Origin: Azolla caroliniana
Taxonomy: Eukaryota; Plantae; Polypodiophyta
Direction of reading: 5' to 3'
DNA length: 64,000 nt
Assembly: GCA_043228905.1 (NCBI GenBank)
Contig: JBHGNT010000015.1
Coordinates: forward strand, 13,640,001-13,704,000
Shown: positions 12,301 to 24,950 of the stretch, piece by piece
Layout: each line of letters opens with the position of its first letter
Position numbering within the stretch: position 1 is the first letter of the stretch
Position numbers and translations under genes: made by a program
Notes under the pieces: model-generated
Seen by the model: only the letters and a program-made list of their open reading frames with translations
What the model was told of the DNA's origin: nothing
Database searches by the model: none

Positions 12301-13655
12301 AGAAAACATGGATATATCCATTTAAAGGTATTTGATCCATAGTATGAATCATATGTGCATTCGCATTCGAGTATGGTAAACACCCTTGAAGTATGATAAA
12401 TACCATACTTTTGTATTTATTATTTATTATAAGGTAAAACTTTTTTTAAAGTGAAAAACGTTAAAAAAAAACATAAGTATGTTTTCAGAACATACACTTT
12501 CGTTTGCAAAAGTATGAAAAAGAATGTTTGCAAATGCATTCAAGTATATTGTGTACTATAGTCGATGATTTGATCATTTAAAACTTATTACATTTACATA
12601 AATCCATATAAAATCTTTAAGAAATGATGCAATACCCATGAAGTTTTAGAGTCGATAGTAGATACTTACCATCTTGATACACATTCTATGCTAATTACGA
12701 ATCTAGAGAACCAAGCCCAATTGCCTCTCATGTATGTCAAGAATAAAGACCGATCCCAAATAATCTTCTTTCTTCCAAACAAAGACAATTAATATCTTGG
12801 CCGGTGATTGAGAATTCCATATGAAATAGAGGGCTAAATTATCCTCAATATAAATTTCAAAAAACGTCCAATTCATTAGGTGATAAGTCATATATGGGGC
12901 CACGTGATAACATCTTCCCAAGTTCATGCTCTTCATGGAAGTTGGTCTAGAAGCATACTAGCCTTGACTTAAATAAAAGCATTAAAAATGTCTAGATAAA
13001 GATTGTTAAAGAGTTTGTGGGTAGGGTATACAAATGTACACTTAGTCCAAAGCTAAAACTTGACAAAAAACACCAAACTAACTTCTCATTTGCTAGATTT
13101 ACAAAACTAATGCAAAGAGATCTTCAAGTAATAGAATTGTGAGTGTGGGTTGGAAGATACTTTCACAAAATTTTGAATGATTAATTTTTGAGAATTCCAA
13201 AACATTTAAAATGCAACAACCACTTTCCAGCCTAGATGTAATAATTTGAGAACATTCTAGATGCAACCTTCACTTTCTTACCAATTTCATGTAATTGCAT
13301 AAGATGGATGACAAGTGTATACAAATCACACCATACATATTCCTAAAATTCAAATGGTTGTTCCTTCAAGGATGGTGTTGCACCCTTGTAACAACCAAGT
13401 TGGGACAACCTTTGTGAAGGCTTTTAAGCCCTATTTCGTAATGGTTGTTTTTGGAATTTAAAGCAATACAAATATCTCTTAAAATATTTTGAAATTTTCT
13501 TAAGAGATTTTAGACTAAAAATTGGGCCTTATGGAAACTATCATGTCATTGATATACTTTTTGCATTGGGGATTACCTAAAGGTGTAAGCCTCCCTTACC
13601 AAAACCTTGTCCAAGTATTAGAAGGATCTTAGTAAAACTAAACTAGAACGTCTAG

Positions 13656-13960
13656 GATGGTTGAATTTGAAGTCGTGTTGTGCAAGTTATGATCTTATCT
13701 CTATATGGCAACTTGCAAAGTTTCCTAGGGAACCTTCTTTCTTGTTATTCTAAGAGAGAACTATTTGGATATAATCCAGATTCTTAACTCTTGACCTTGA
13801 ATCTTAAGCAAGATGGTTGAATTTGGAGTTGTGTTGTGATAGTTAGGATCTTATTTCTAAATGGCAACTTCAAAAGTTTCACAGGGAACCTTCTTTCTTA
13901 TTATTTTGAGAGTGAATCATTTGGAAATATTCCAAATGTTTAATTCTTGAGATTGAGTCC
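13656..13960. repeat. Diverged tandem duplication, ~155-bp unit, 2 copies
   Basis: GATGGTTGAATTTG...GGGAACCTTCTTTCTT...CTTGA at ~13657 and ~13812. Confidence 0.85.
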
Positions 13961-14989
13961 AAATTCTCCATAACATATTTCATTGTATATGCTCTAAGGA
14001 TAAAGAGCACAAGAGTCTCAATGTTTGTTAGAACGTTTGACTCTATGATAGTTCTGACTTTAGTTATATATAGGTATTATGAGTATTTCTAAATCAAGTT
14101 TTACACTTTGAGAATGTTTGGTTAATAGAATATATCTCTATATTTGAAATCGCCTAATTTGTGAACTTGAACCTTGTTAAGCCCATACCACTTCCCTCTT
14201 AAACTTCACCTTCATGCTTGGTTGTTTGTTCATTCAATGTGAGGGCCCTCATTGTTGCCACAAGGGGGCTTTAGGAAGAACAATCAACAACTTCTTGGAC
14301 CTATTTGTGTACCACTCTTCTTGCTCTAGAGAATTGGGATAGGTAGCTCTCCATAATTTTGCCTCAAGCATGTACGCCACAATTTCCTATTGGATTCTTT
14401 TTCCCTCTAGCTAGAGCATATGAGTCAAACTCCAATTGAAAGGTGGATTAATTTATTGTAAATTATGGGAAGCAAATACTTAAGCGTAAGTAAACAGTTA
14501 TGTTCAAATCCTTAATTTTTAAGATGCTACTTTAATAATAAAGACCTAATGTTTGTGCATTGAAATGATTGATTATCGAACACATATTACCTTAACCATA
14601 TGGTCATATTTTCTTTTAATGGTTGTAAATCCATTGATCTCATCACTATTGAATTATGGATGTGTCTCAAGGATGATGAACCATGATGAGGTAGTAAAGG
14701 CTAGAAAGGGCATAAAGTATATTGACAAGGATAAAAGTACATGATTTTCTTGTAACTAAAAAGGCATATCATGGTAAGTGTGTAATATTTTGGACATGAA
14801 TGGGATGGATGTCTCATCTTTCGTTACTCACTACAGTGAAGATGATAGTAAATAATAATAAAAATAAAACGAGTACATCAATTGTCAACAACTCCATAGC
14901 GAATGTGTTAGCTATCATCGAAAATTAGCTACACTCTTCCCACAAAAATAAATAAAAAGAACCAATACCTATATGATTTATTCTTGTAA

Positions 14990-15004
14990 GCTCTCTCTCA
15001 CTCA

Positions 15005-15056
<52 letters not shown>

Positions 15057-15061
15057 TCTCT
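14990..15061. repeat. (CT)n microsatellite
   Basis: Long CT run; a shorter one lies at ~16074-16098. Confidence 0.95.
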
Positions 15062-15472
15062 TGTACATTCCAATCTCAATTGCTCCCAACATCTTATCAC
15101 TTTCCATGAATTTGGATGATCCAACCAACCAACCAAGAATGGGCAATCATTAATGGTCATTACTACTATCTTTCTAAAAGGATCTCTGTGTGTCTGTGTA
15201 AATGAGGCCTTTTTGCAATGCCAATGTATCATGACATGGGACAAATGTGGAGTCTCACACTTCATACATTATACTACACATGTTGCACCAAACTACAAAA
15301 CCATATTCTTTGTGGAACGGGAAAACGATATACATCTATACATGTTAGAGCCCATTCAGTTTACTGCCATTCGAACCATTACTTCCATGTGACTTAGTTC
15401 ACATGCCTTGCAATGTGAGGCAGGGCATTGGGACACAAGTGATAAGAGTGGTCAACTATGCACATTTTGCCC

Positions 15473-15799
15473 CATTGTTGTAGAATACTTATCATGCAAT
15501 ACGTGTAGAATACATATGCTACAAGTATTTGAACTTTTTCTTAAAAATACTTAGAATACATGTAAAATACTTTAAATACTTCTTAAAAATTAAAGTTTTT
15601 TTGTTCAAAAAATATAAATTTAAAATTTTACAAATTTGTAAACTTTTTTGAAATGTTGTAATATTGTTAAATACGTAGAATATATGTAAAATTCATAGAA
15701 TACTTGAAAAAGTTGAAAATGGTAGTTATAAAACGTAGAATACATGTAAAATACTTTAAAGTATTCTAAATGTGGAATATAAGTTTTTTAACAACCATG
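15473..15799. mobile_element. hAT-type MITE, copy 2
   Basis: Imperfect TIR CATTGTTGTAGAA / TTTTAACAACCATG; 8-bp TSD TTTTGCCC/CTTTGCCC (7/8); TAGAATAC repeats. Confidence 0.8.
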
Positions 15800-17508
15800 C
15801 TTTGCCCTAAACAAGTTCGAGAGTTGAGTATTACACTTTAATATGATGCATTGCCTTTGATCATATTTGGGCATGATTTCCACATATCTTCGCCCAAGCC
15901 TGATCCTTGCACGAATTTCTCTCACAACCACAATGTGCACTCTCGATTGCAAGATTCATTGATAAAGTTCTTGAACATCGAGAGTCGCTACTCACTTTTA
16001 CATGTATCCCGTGAATTTGAATATTTTTGGTCTCATAGCCTGTCATATTTGACCTCCGAAGACGATAATAGAATCTCTCTCTCTCTCTCTCTCTCTCTAG
16101 CTAAACTAATCGTAAGGACACCCTTTTCATTTTAAGGGTAAACTTTTGTATGAGAAGTATAACATTTATCATTTGTTTCAAGATATCCCTTCAAATACCC
16201 TCTTAATCACTTTGCTATTGTTTATAAAGGATATTATCTTAACATGCTTCTATGGTCTATGTGCTTCTTCTTTTTAGAATATGTTGCTCAGTCCCTATAT
16301 ACTTGATGAAGGAGATGACCAAATCGATTAACGAATTTTCTCTTTCTTTCTCTCTTAGAATGTATATAATTTAGATTGAAGTTGCTCTTCGTTGATGAAA
16401 CCTCCATTGAAACCTGGAGGGACAGGAGCGAGGAGCTCAACAACAGTTTTTAGAGTAGGACTGACAACATTCAAGCTTGCATTTCATTATAGTAAAACAA
16501 AATTCTACAAGAACTTCATGGGATCATCATAATGCAATATGGGAACAATTCTTGGAATAAGGAAGTTTTGTTCTCCTCACATTGTTAACATTGTACTATC
16601 GCTACAAAATACAATTATTTTTCCGTAACTGCAATATGCACTCTCGATTGCAACAATAACTAAATAAAATTCCTAACCATCAAAAGTCAACTACATGAAA
16701 AAAAATTATTAGCCTTTGGAGGCACAAACCTTTATGCAATTCATGTGAAGATGGCCACTATTGTGAACAATGATATTTGCATGTTGCTTATGTTCATATT
16801 CATATGGAAATAACTCTTTTGATTTTGTCTCATCTCTTTTTATAGTTTCCCCCTAAAATTATAAACTTTTTATAAACATCTTATAAGGAAATTTAATTTT
16901 TAGTTTAGTTTTTAAATAGATGACAGAGACCACTTGTATTTCTAAGCTTTCATTTTGTTAGAAACATAGTGATGTATGTTAGAACCCAAAAAATGTATAT
17001 TTTTGGACTTGGGCGACTTTAGATTTACATCGTTCAATAAAGGTTGAAAGTCACCTGATTCTATAATAGTGTTTCTTTCATTCAAATAGATCTAAAAATT
17101 GTAATTTAATCATCTATATATAAATTTATGTACGTATGAACAAAAAATGTTATTCCAACTCAAGGGCCTCAATGGAACTATCAACTTCCTTGGACCAGTT
17201 CTTGATTAGCAGTGACGCACGGCAAAATGCAACAAATTTGTTTTACCTTTTACAAAGTTCTAGCTTTGGTCTTAGGATTATTGTATATCATTGTACATGA
17301 AAATTGTAAGCTTTTGGGCACATAAGCTTAAGTTGTAGCATTCACATGTTTTTCTTAATACTAATGAGGAAAATCTTTGAAGGAAAAAAAAAAAGTTATT
17401 CCAAAGTAGGTTGACATTGGACGGTACAGAAATTGGTGTAGTACGAACGATTCATTGCTCTTAAATAACATTCTATTTGTTTACATTGTTTTGAAATCTA
17501 TAAGATTT

Positions 17509-18194
17509 TGTGATGTGCCTAAAACATGGGGGTCTCAAAACAAACCCAAAAGACGCTAGAAGAAGAGAGAATAAGAAAAAGAGAGGTTTCATTAACATAA
17601 CTTAAGCAAGGTTAACAAGATAGTTTATTACAAGCTCATTAGAGCTAACTAGGATTAAGGAGTGAGAGAGGCAGAGGTGTCTAAAACATAATATCAAGGG
17701 AATGATCGAAAATGAGGAAAAACTCCTCCATATATAGGCGAAGGGGTAGTTGTTAGGCTCCCTCGGCATTAGGCCAAGAGGTGACTAATGGGCTACCCTT
17801 TGCCTAGTCGTTGCCGTTGGGATGTTGCTGCTTTTGTAGCAGGGTCTAGGTCTGGCTATTTCCTGAATCCCAACTCAAGTTGGGATTGGCAGTCCCAACC
17901 CAAGGGTGGAACCCTTCTTTGGGACTAGGACTAGGACCGAGATTCAGACTGGTTCCCTTATTGGGTCCCAAGTCATGTTCCTGCCAACCTCGATCATGAC
18001 TCCTTGTCCCAACTCGTTTTGGGGCTTGTTGAGTCTGTCTTGACTCACTTCGGGACCATGTTCTAGTTGGGACTATCTAGGGGCACTGCATATTCATCTA
18101 CGTACAAATTTATGACTCTAGTAGAAAAATCATGCTTATTTATGCAATAGTAATTATTTTCTTGATTAATAAAAAATAATATGTGTCCTTGACA
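17509..18194. mobile_element. Possible orphan LTR
   Basis: TG...CA bounded, LTR-like composition (TATATA, GC-richer block). No TSD and no second copy in the window. Confidence 0.3.
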
Positions 18195-19249
18195 ATGGTG
18201 ACAAATTGATCTTGTGCTATAGAACTGTTCTTTGAGAAATTGTTTCCTTGACAAAGATTTTTACTTCCTTATTTGAGGTGTTTTTGTCGAAATCAAACAA
18301 GTGCCTATCCTTTTGTTGAGTAGACAAGTAGATAAGTTCATCAAACTTCTTTGAGCTTCATTTTCGAGAAAATCAACCCGAAATATGTACAAAGATTAAG
18401 TAAAGACGAAAACAATGGCTCAACTACGAACCTTGATAATTACTGAAGACGAATGGAAAGATCAACTAGGAACTAGAAGCAATGTTTATTTAGATAGAGA
18501 AACCAATTAGAGACATGATTACATTTTAAATGAGACAAAATTTGAAAGCCTACTTAAGTTTGAGATAGAGGAAAAGATGACAAGATTCTAGGTTGTATTC
18601 CACCTTTCGCTTCATACTTGGCTCTAGATAGCATGTCCCCCATAATATCATGCTTCCTAGCCAAATCTCCCAGGTATAGCGCTCAGTGTTATATATGTTG
18701 TACAACTCAACATCAAGATGTCACAAAGTAGCTTTTATAATCCTATTAACAAAATGATGTTTTTCTTGAATGTAAGGGTTAAATTCCAAAATTTTGCCAT
18801 TAAAAGGTATTTTTTCGCTAATTTTTAAGCATTATTTCTATATTCTTACAAAAAGCTTTACTTGGTAGAATATTTATTAATGCCTCAAAATAGAAGCATG
18901 AAGTATAATGTCATACATCTACTTGACTTCCACCTTGACCTAATGCATGCACATTCGAGGGTTTACCATTCACACGTCATTGGGTTATATTCGTAGGGGG
19001 TTCGTTTTGAATCTCATTTTGTCAATCAAATGTGTATGAAAGTGGTGTGATGATAGATACTCCATCAATGGGGAGCACAACTAGTTTAGGCACTTGTTTC
19101 TACACCATACCCACTAAGCATGTTCTCGGTGGCAATATCCGCGGATGCCGATTTCCTTCTTCTCCATTCGACTTGTGTTGGGGAGCTAGCAGGGTGAACT
19201 CTTTCAAATGATCCTTTAACTTTTATTGGTTTTCTTTGTACTAGCCATA

Positions 19250-19930
19250 ATGCGTGTTTTATGCAACCTTGCTAGTTGTAGGTGATATCTTGCATGAAAA
19301 CTTGGGTGACATTACTGCCTTGTGCAAGCTTTGAGTTCTTGTTGGACAAGGCATCACTTATAATCTTGTATCCTCTTAATGCATTGTAGGTCCTACTTCA
19401 TTTCAATTGCTAAAACTTGGATCCGACTTGTTGGCAACCCTAAGTCTTCATGACACTGTCCCTACATGCCAATGAGCCTCTTTATTGTTCTTTTAGCTAG
19501 CTATATGTAGGGAACAAACTTGAAGAAGTGAACTTGTTCCTAACAATCAATCCTTATCTAGTTTAGATCTTTAAGTGCTGGAATGCCCTCCTAAATTTGA
19601 CAAACTGGTCTTTTATGTGAGAGTACAAGTTTAGAGGTAAAGAAAACCAACTACACCATGAAGAAAGAAGTGCTTGGCATGATATGCAATGTGAATAAGT
19701 TCCTCTAAAGTACGTTGGAATAGAAAATTCACGTTGCAAATTGATCACTCCACCCTTCATGATTTGGTAGCCAAATGTGTAGTGGTTGGAAAGCTCATAC
19801 ATTAGATGCTAATCTTGCAAGAGTTTGAGTTCACAATCATCCACTTTCTTGAAACATAGCACAAAATTATGAACTATTTTTTTGAGGTTGAGTTACAGGA
19901 AAAGGGAAAAGGGCATGAGAAACGACAACT
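19250..19930 (+). mobile_element. Highly decayed Gypsy RT/RNase H relic
   Basis: ~19806-19860 reads MLILQEFEFTIIH, like RWTLLLQEFEFKIFHRPG of Gypsy E. The extent is approximate. Confidence 0.5.
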
Positions 19931-21127
19931 TCTTGACTACAACCACACTCTAGTATAATGCAAAAAAAATGCCGCACATGCAAGAATCCTCACCTCCCGG
20001 TTGTATAAATTCAAGGTCACCTCAACCTCTCATCTTGTATATCATTGAAAATATTGTAATATAATAGCAAGAGTGATTTTACTCATGCACTATGTATAGT
20101 GTATATACAAGTGTATAGACCTGAACACAAACATAGCATTGACCTCCGTAGTTGGTGGTGAACACATCTTCTTCATTGGAAACAAGCTAACCAACCTTAC
20201 ACATTCATGGCCAACACATAATAAGATTGTTTGATATCCTTGTTGTTTTTTCTACTATTTCCATGTCCAAATAAATAATTGTTATTGAATTTGTGTGTTT
20301 ATATAATCCTAAAGTGCATGTAGTCTACTCACTTCCACTACCCACTCTTACCAAAGTGCATTTGTGGCAACCAATAATGATATACCATTTGGTACAAGAT
20401 GACATTGTAAGAAAATAAGAGAATAACTACAATGGAGGTGATTGTGTAGCAACGGATGTAGAGAGGCAATGCAAGATAGATAAATGTGGAGAAAAAAAGA
20501 TGGTCTCGTCGATGATAGGGGTTCATACTAGCCACACACCATAGAGGGATCTTAATTCCAGTTTTTTTAAAGTAACTATTCAATATTCCCCATTGTTGTT
20601 TCACTTATTATTGCTCTAAGTTACCTAGCATATATGAGAGTTTACCTTAATATCCATTTGTTTTTTGTGAGATTGTGTGTTTACCATATTTTTTGTGAGA
20701 TTGGCAAGTCTGAGGGTTTCAGCCACTCTCTCAAGTATGTTGCATGAGTAAACTGGCATCAATCGTGGAATCATCCTCACACACACTTTGATATTGTACA
20801 TTGTTAATTCAATGTGTTTAAAAAATCTTAATCCATGTTCTCGAAACAAATTAGTTACTTAATAGTTAATGAAGACACAAGAAACCTATATATTTACACA
20901 TTTATATTTACTAATCAAAGCTAACGGCACTTAATATGAGGTCAAACTTTAATGTGGTCAATAGGCGCATTTTACAACTTAATGCCAATGTCATGGGGAA
21001 CCATTAAGATAAACTATATCATATAAATGGATAATGAAGATGTTGAGAGGAATATTTTCTTATCAACGGTTGATATGGTCAATGTCATATTGGGATGTCA
21101 TGCATGAAAATCGTTATATAGGAGGGG

Positions 21128-21210
21128 TATTTGGGGAAAGTGTGATGAGAGAAGAGTATTTGGGGAAAGTGTGATACAAAGGGATATTTAAGGAAAGTGT
21201 TATGCGAGAG
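21128..21210. repeat. ~29-bp minisatellite, 3 copies
   Basis: GTATTTGGGGAAAGTGTGAT repeated. Confidence 0.85.
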
Positions 21211-21949
21211 GTGTGTGGAGCTAGATCACATGATCGCTTGAGCCTAAGATTGGAGCTAGACTACGGATTTGGTGATGATGCTAGTTCTCAACATGAAGTA
21301 ATGTCAGTAATTGGTAGATATTCGCTTGATGATCACATTGTTGAACCGAAATTTACATCACAATCATTGTTTTTGGTTGAAACGATGTATAACTATGCTT
21401 TTCAAAATTCCTTGAAGTATATAATCCATGAGTCAAGAAAACCTCAACGATCTAATCCTAAATTTTTGTTACCTCGACAATGGTTGCCTTGCACATTTTA
21501 TAACACTTTGGAACTCTTTAGTCACAAACGTGATAGTGCCTCTTTTAAGAGCACCACTACATTTTTTTTAGCATGTACTTATCTATCTTAGCAAGGGAGC
21601 CTAGTGCCAACAAAATGCTCATGACCATTTAGATATTCACTTCATTATCATCACTTTTTGCATTATAGCTCAATGTTTTCCTTCATTAGCACTAGCTAGG
21701 TTAGAACCCTTGACCTTATAATACAAGTGGTTAACTATTGTAACATAAGCTTGTTGACTCTAATTTCACTTCCTCTCATGCCCTTCTATATGCTCTCTTT
21801 TTTTCAAAACAAAATATCCTTCCATTAGTTTTAAAAAAGGCATATCAGCTCAACAAACTAAAAAATAGATGGAAAAGAAACAACTATCTTTCCCAAGCTC
21901 GTCTTGTGTAAGACAATGGCTAGCCATGGATCTTTCGTTTAACTAAGAT

Positions 21950-22720
21950 TCATCTCACAATCTAATTTCATTTTAGTATGTACTACCAATTCTCCCATGT
22001 TGCCACATGCTTTCAACATACAAGAAAATGTCATCATATTATGTAAGAGACCTTGCACAAGCATTCGAGGATAGAGTTGTATGATATCCTCATTCTTATC
22101 ATACTCAATATCTCCCAATAACATGGCAGGCCATTGTACCACATCTCCAACCAACAATAAATAATCAAAAAGCTCTTGGGCTTCATTTATTGCTCCACAT
22201 TTACGGTACCAACAAAAGCATCTTTTTCCAATCCTTCTTTTGCATTCACCAAATCATTGTTAAGCACGATATCCTCCTCCATGAAGAGACCTTTATTTAT
22301 ACTCTCATCATGAATCTTTTCCTTTTTTACAATAGATCCAGTGTTTCCACAAGAGTTCAGGATGCAAATATATATGATCCTCAGTTTGCATCTTCTAGAA
22401 ATAGTTCATTGCTTCGTAACCATTTCTGTGTTGAGCATACCTAGTAATGAGTGATTCAAAGATTATGGAGTCCTAACAAGAAGCTCACCATGCACTTTTT
22501 GTGCTTTTTCAAGTAATCCAAATTTTGCATACATATCATGAGCATATTAGTGATTACAAGATCATGTTTCAAACCTTGTTTGCATATACTATTGTGCACT
22601 TCTATATGTCACACCTGACACTACATATTATGTCTAATGATCCATAAAGATATTTTTGGGTGAATGGAAATTATCAAGTGCTTTGATGTTTCAATATTGT
22701 TGGTAGGAATTTATGCACCG
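21950..22720 (-). pseudogene. Decayed PLS-class pentatricopeptide repeat (PPR) gene
   Basis: Successive PPR motifs across frameshifts: EVHNSICKQGLKHDLVITNML..YAKFGLLEKAQKVH; YAQHRNGYEAMNYF*KMQ..ICILNSCGNTGS; DVVQWPAMLLG..EDIIQLYPRMLVQGL..MTFSCMLKACGNMG. Confidence 0.8.
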
Positions 22721-23449
22721 AACACTACTATCAAAGGTTATCAATGAATCGTGTATGTTTTTTTATCAATGATTTTAACGTGTGTGTTGCATCATAATCT
22801 ACTTCACAATTCTCATTAAGGTGTGTTTTCGACAAATTGGCATATGAGGTTTTGATGTTTGCTATGGAAATAGTTGCATCAAGATGAGCTTTGGATTTAT
22901 ATTTCAGCCTATGCAATATATGGAAACTTGGAGTGTGTTGAACTGAATGTAGGTGATGTCTATGATAAGTCCTTTTGCCATAGATGCGTAAAATTCAAGT
23001 TATGCAAGAGCTTGAGTCTTGAGATAATTTTCCAATATGTTTTGAGTTTAATAAGTATATGATAAATATATACAAAACATTGGTTGTTAGTCCCCTTGAG
23101 ATTTAATTCTTCTATATTGCTTCATTTCTTATTTGATGCCTATATGCAAAAAGAATTTGGTATTTTTTGAAAATGTTAATTCAAAGGGTTGACTTGCATG
23201 GGATTCAACATTAGCAAACATTAAGGGATGACTTGCATGCTCAAAGACATAGGTAGTTGATTGATATGTTTTCACATATTCTTACATGATGAAACATGTA
23301 TTACTGATGCATAGTCCATGATGAAGGGCTTTTGGATTTTCAAGTTCAGTTACAAGACATTCTGAAGAATTTATACCGCCAAAGTCATCAAAAAGCAAGA
23401 TTATGTCAATTGCAAGAGGGGTTTAAAGATAATTGCTCACAAGGCATGA

Positions 23450-24950
23450 GTTTTATAATGTAATTGGGTGTATTGTGAATGTAAAACTCTTGGTTAGAAT
23501 AGTATTACAAAATTTGAAGTCTTTAAGAAATATGCTTACATTCTTAAGAAGCAATTCACACAAAATGTTTCAACAATGTTAGAATTTTGGTTCCATGTTG
23601 GAGAGTTGAAAGGTACCATCTCCTAGGTCATTTCATCAATGGATGCTTATCCATGATGAGAGGGTTGTACAAAGTGTTTGAAAAGGCATTATCCCACAGA
23701 CTTAATAAATACTTAATTTATTCAACCATCTCAATATGGTTTTATTATAAACAAATATATTGTATAATCTATTATATGTTAAAATGGCTAACTAGTATGC
23801 TCAACATACACATTAAGAAAAGATTATGGTACCATTAGATTGAAAACATATGACCACATTTACTCTCTTTTTTTCTGAGTGATAACAATATGGAATTTGG
23901 TCCTTACATGCGTTGACTTATTTTTTTACTGAAAAATGGAACACCTTGTGTGACGTTTAATGGAATTACTCCCAAAGTGTCTCTTACTATATCAATGTGG
24001 CAAGGATTTCCACTTAGTCCATTGTATTTGTTATTGCAACACATCCTTTACTAGTAATGTTGTCCAATCTTGCAACTAGTGGTTATATTGTGGGTTTGCA
24101 TATTCTTTTTTGGTGGATAACTAATAACACAAGCCTTGACTGATGATTCTTTTATTGGAATACAAATAAGTTAAATGATGGTTATGTATTCATCCAAATT
24201 ATGGATTTATTTGGGAGAAATAACAAGATATACTATTGTTGCATGAATCTTTGTCAATGAAATCAAATGGTGCTCCTTGGGTGGTTTGGTGGTCAAACCA
24301 TGGTATATTCTTGTTATAGGTCATTACCAACATATCATATCATCATTCAACATATCATTGTCTTGGCTATCACCTAAAGGAAAAAAGGTGTGGAATGTAT
24401 GCAAGTTAGTGCAAGGTGGTGGCAAATGTTGCAACATGGTTGGCATTCTAATTTGTCATTTTATGTGAAGGTATTCATATTAGGAGTCATGATTTGTGAG
24501 GCCCCATTAGGTTCAACCTTAAGCAAGTGATGACTAGGATTAAGTACATGCTTCTTTTGTACCATTCCATTGGAAATAATACATATAGGCTCTTTAAATG
24601 ACCTATAGCTCATATCATTTGGAGGCACTTAGCAAAGGTTTTATAAGTGTTATCTTCTTGTTATTTGAGGCCTCAACAATGGGTTTTTACTCATCATGTT
24701 AAAAATGGTCCAAATGGTTAGTTGGAGATCTTCTTCCAATATTTACGATATTGGGGGTTGTAGGACAATTGGAATGAACATAATGCTCTCATGTTCAATG
24801 GTAAGCATGGGGGTGAAAGCCAATATTATGAAGTTAAAAGTCATTCTCATCATGTGAAATTTTTGTATGTTGGAGAATGTGGGGATCATTTGCTCAAATG
24901 CATATTCAAGTTTTCTAATGGCTTGATACGATATCCATCTACCTACATAG
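23450..24950 (+). mobile_element. Decayed L1-like LINE reverse transcriptase relic
   Basis: KALSHRL (~23680), SMWQGFPLSPL..IATHPLL (QGxPLSP motif, ~23990-24050), QALTDDS (ADD-equivalent, ~24130-24150). Boundaries are approximate. Confidence 0.7.

Noticed and set aside
14925-15265. ORFs with ER repeats
   Set aside because: They are translations of the (CT)n microsatellite.
16300-17400. Possible host exons (a GTAAG donor-like site near 17306)
   Set aside because: No coherent reading frame or recognisable protein.
21202-21591. 129-aa ORF as a gene
   Set aside because: No recognisable motif; it starts in a minisatellite.
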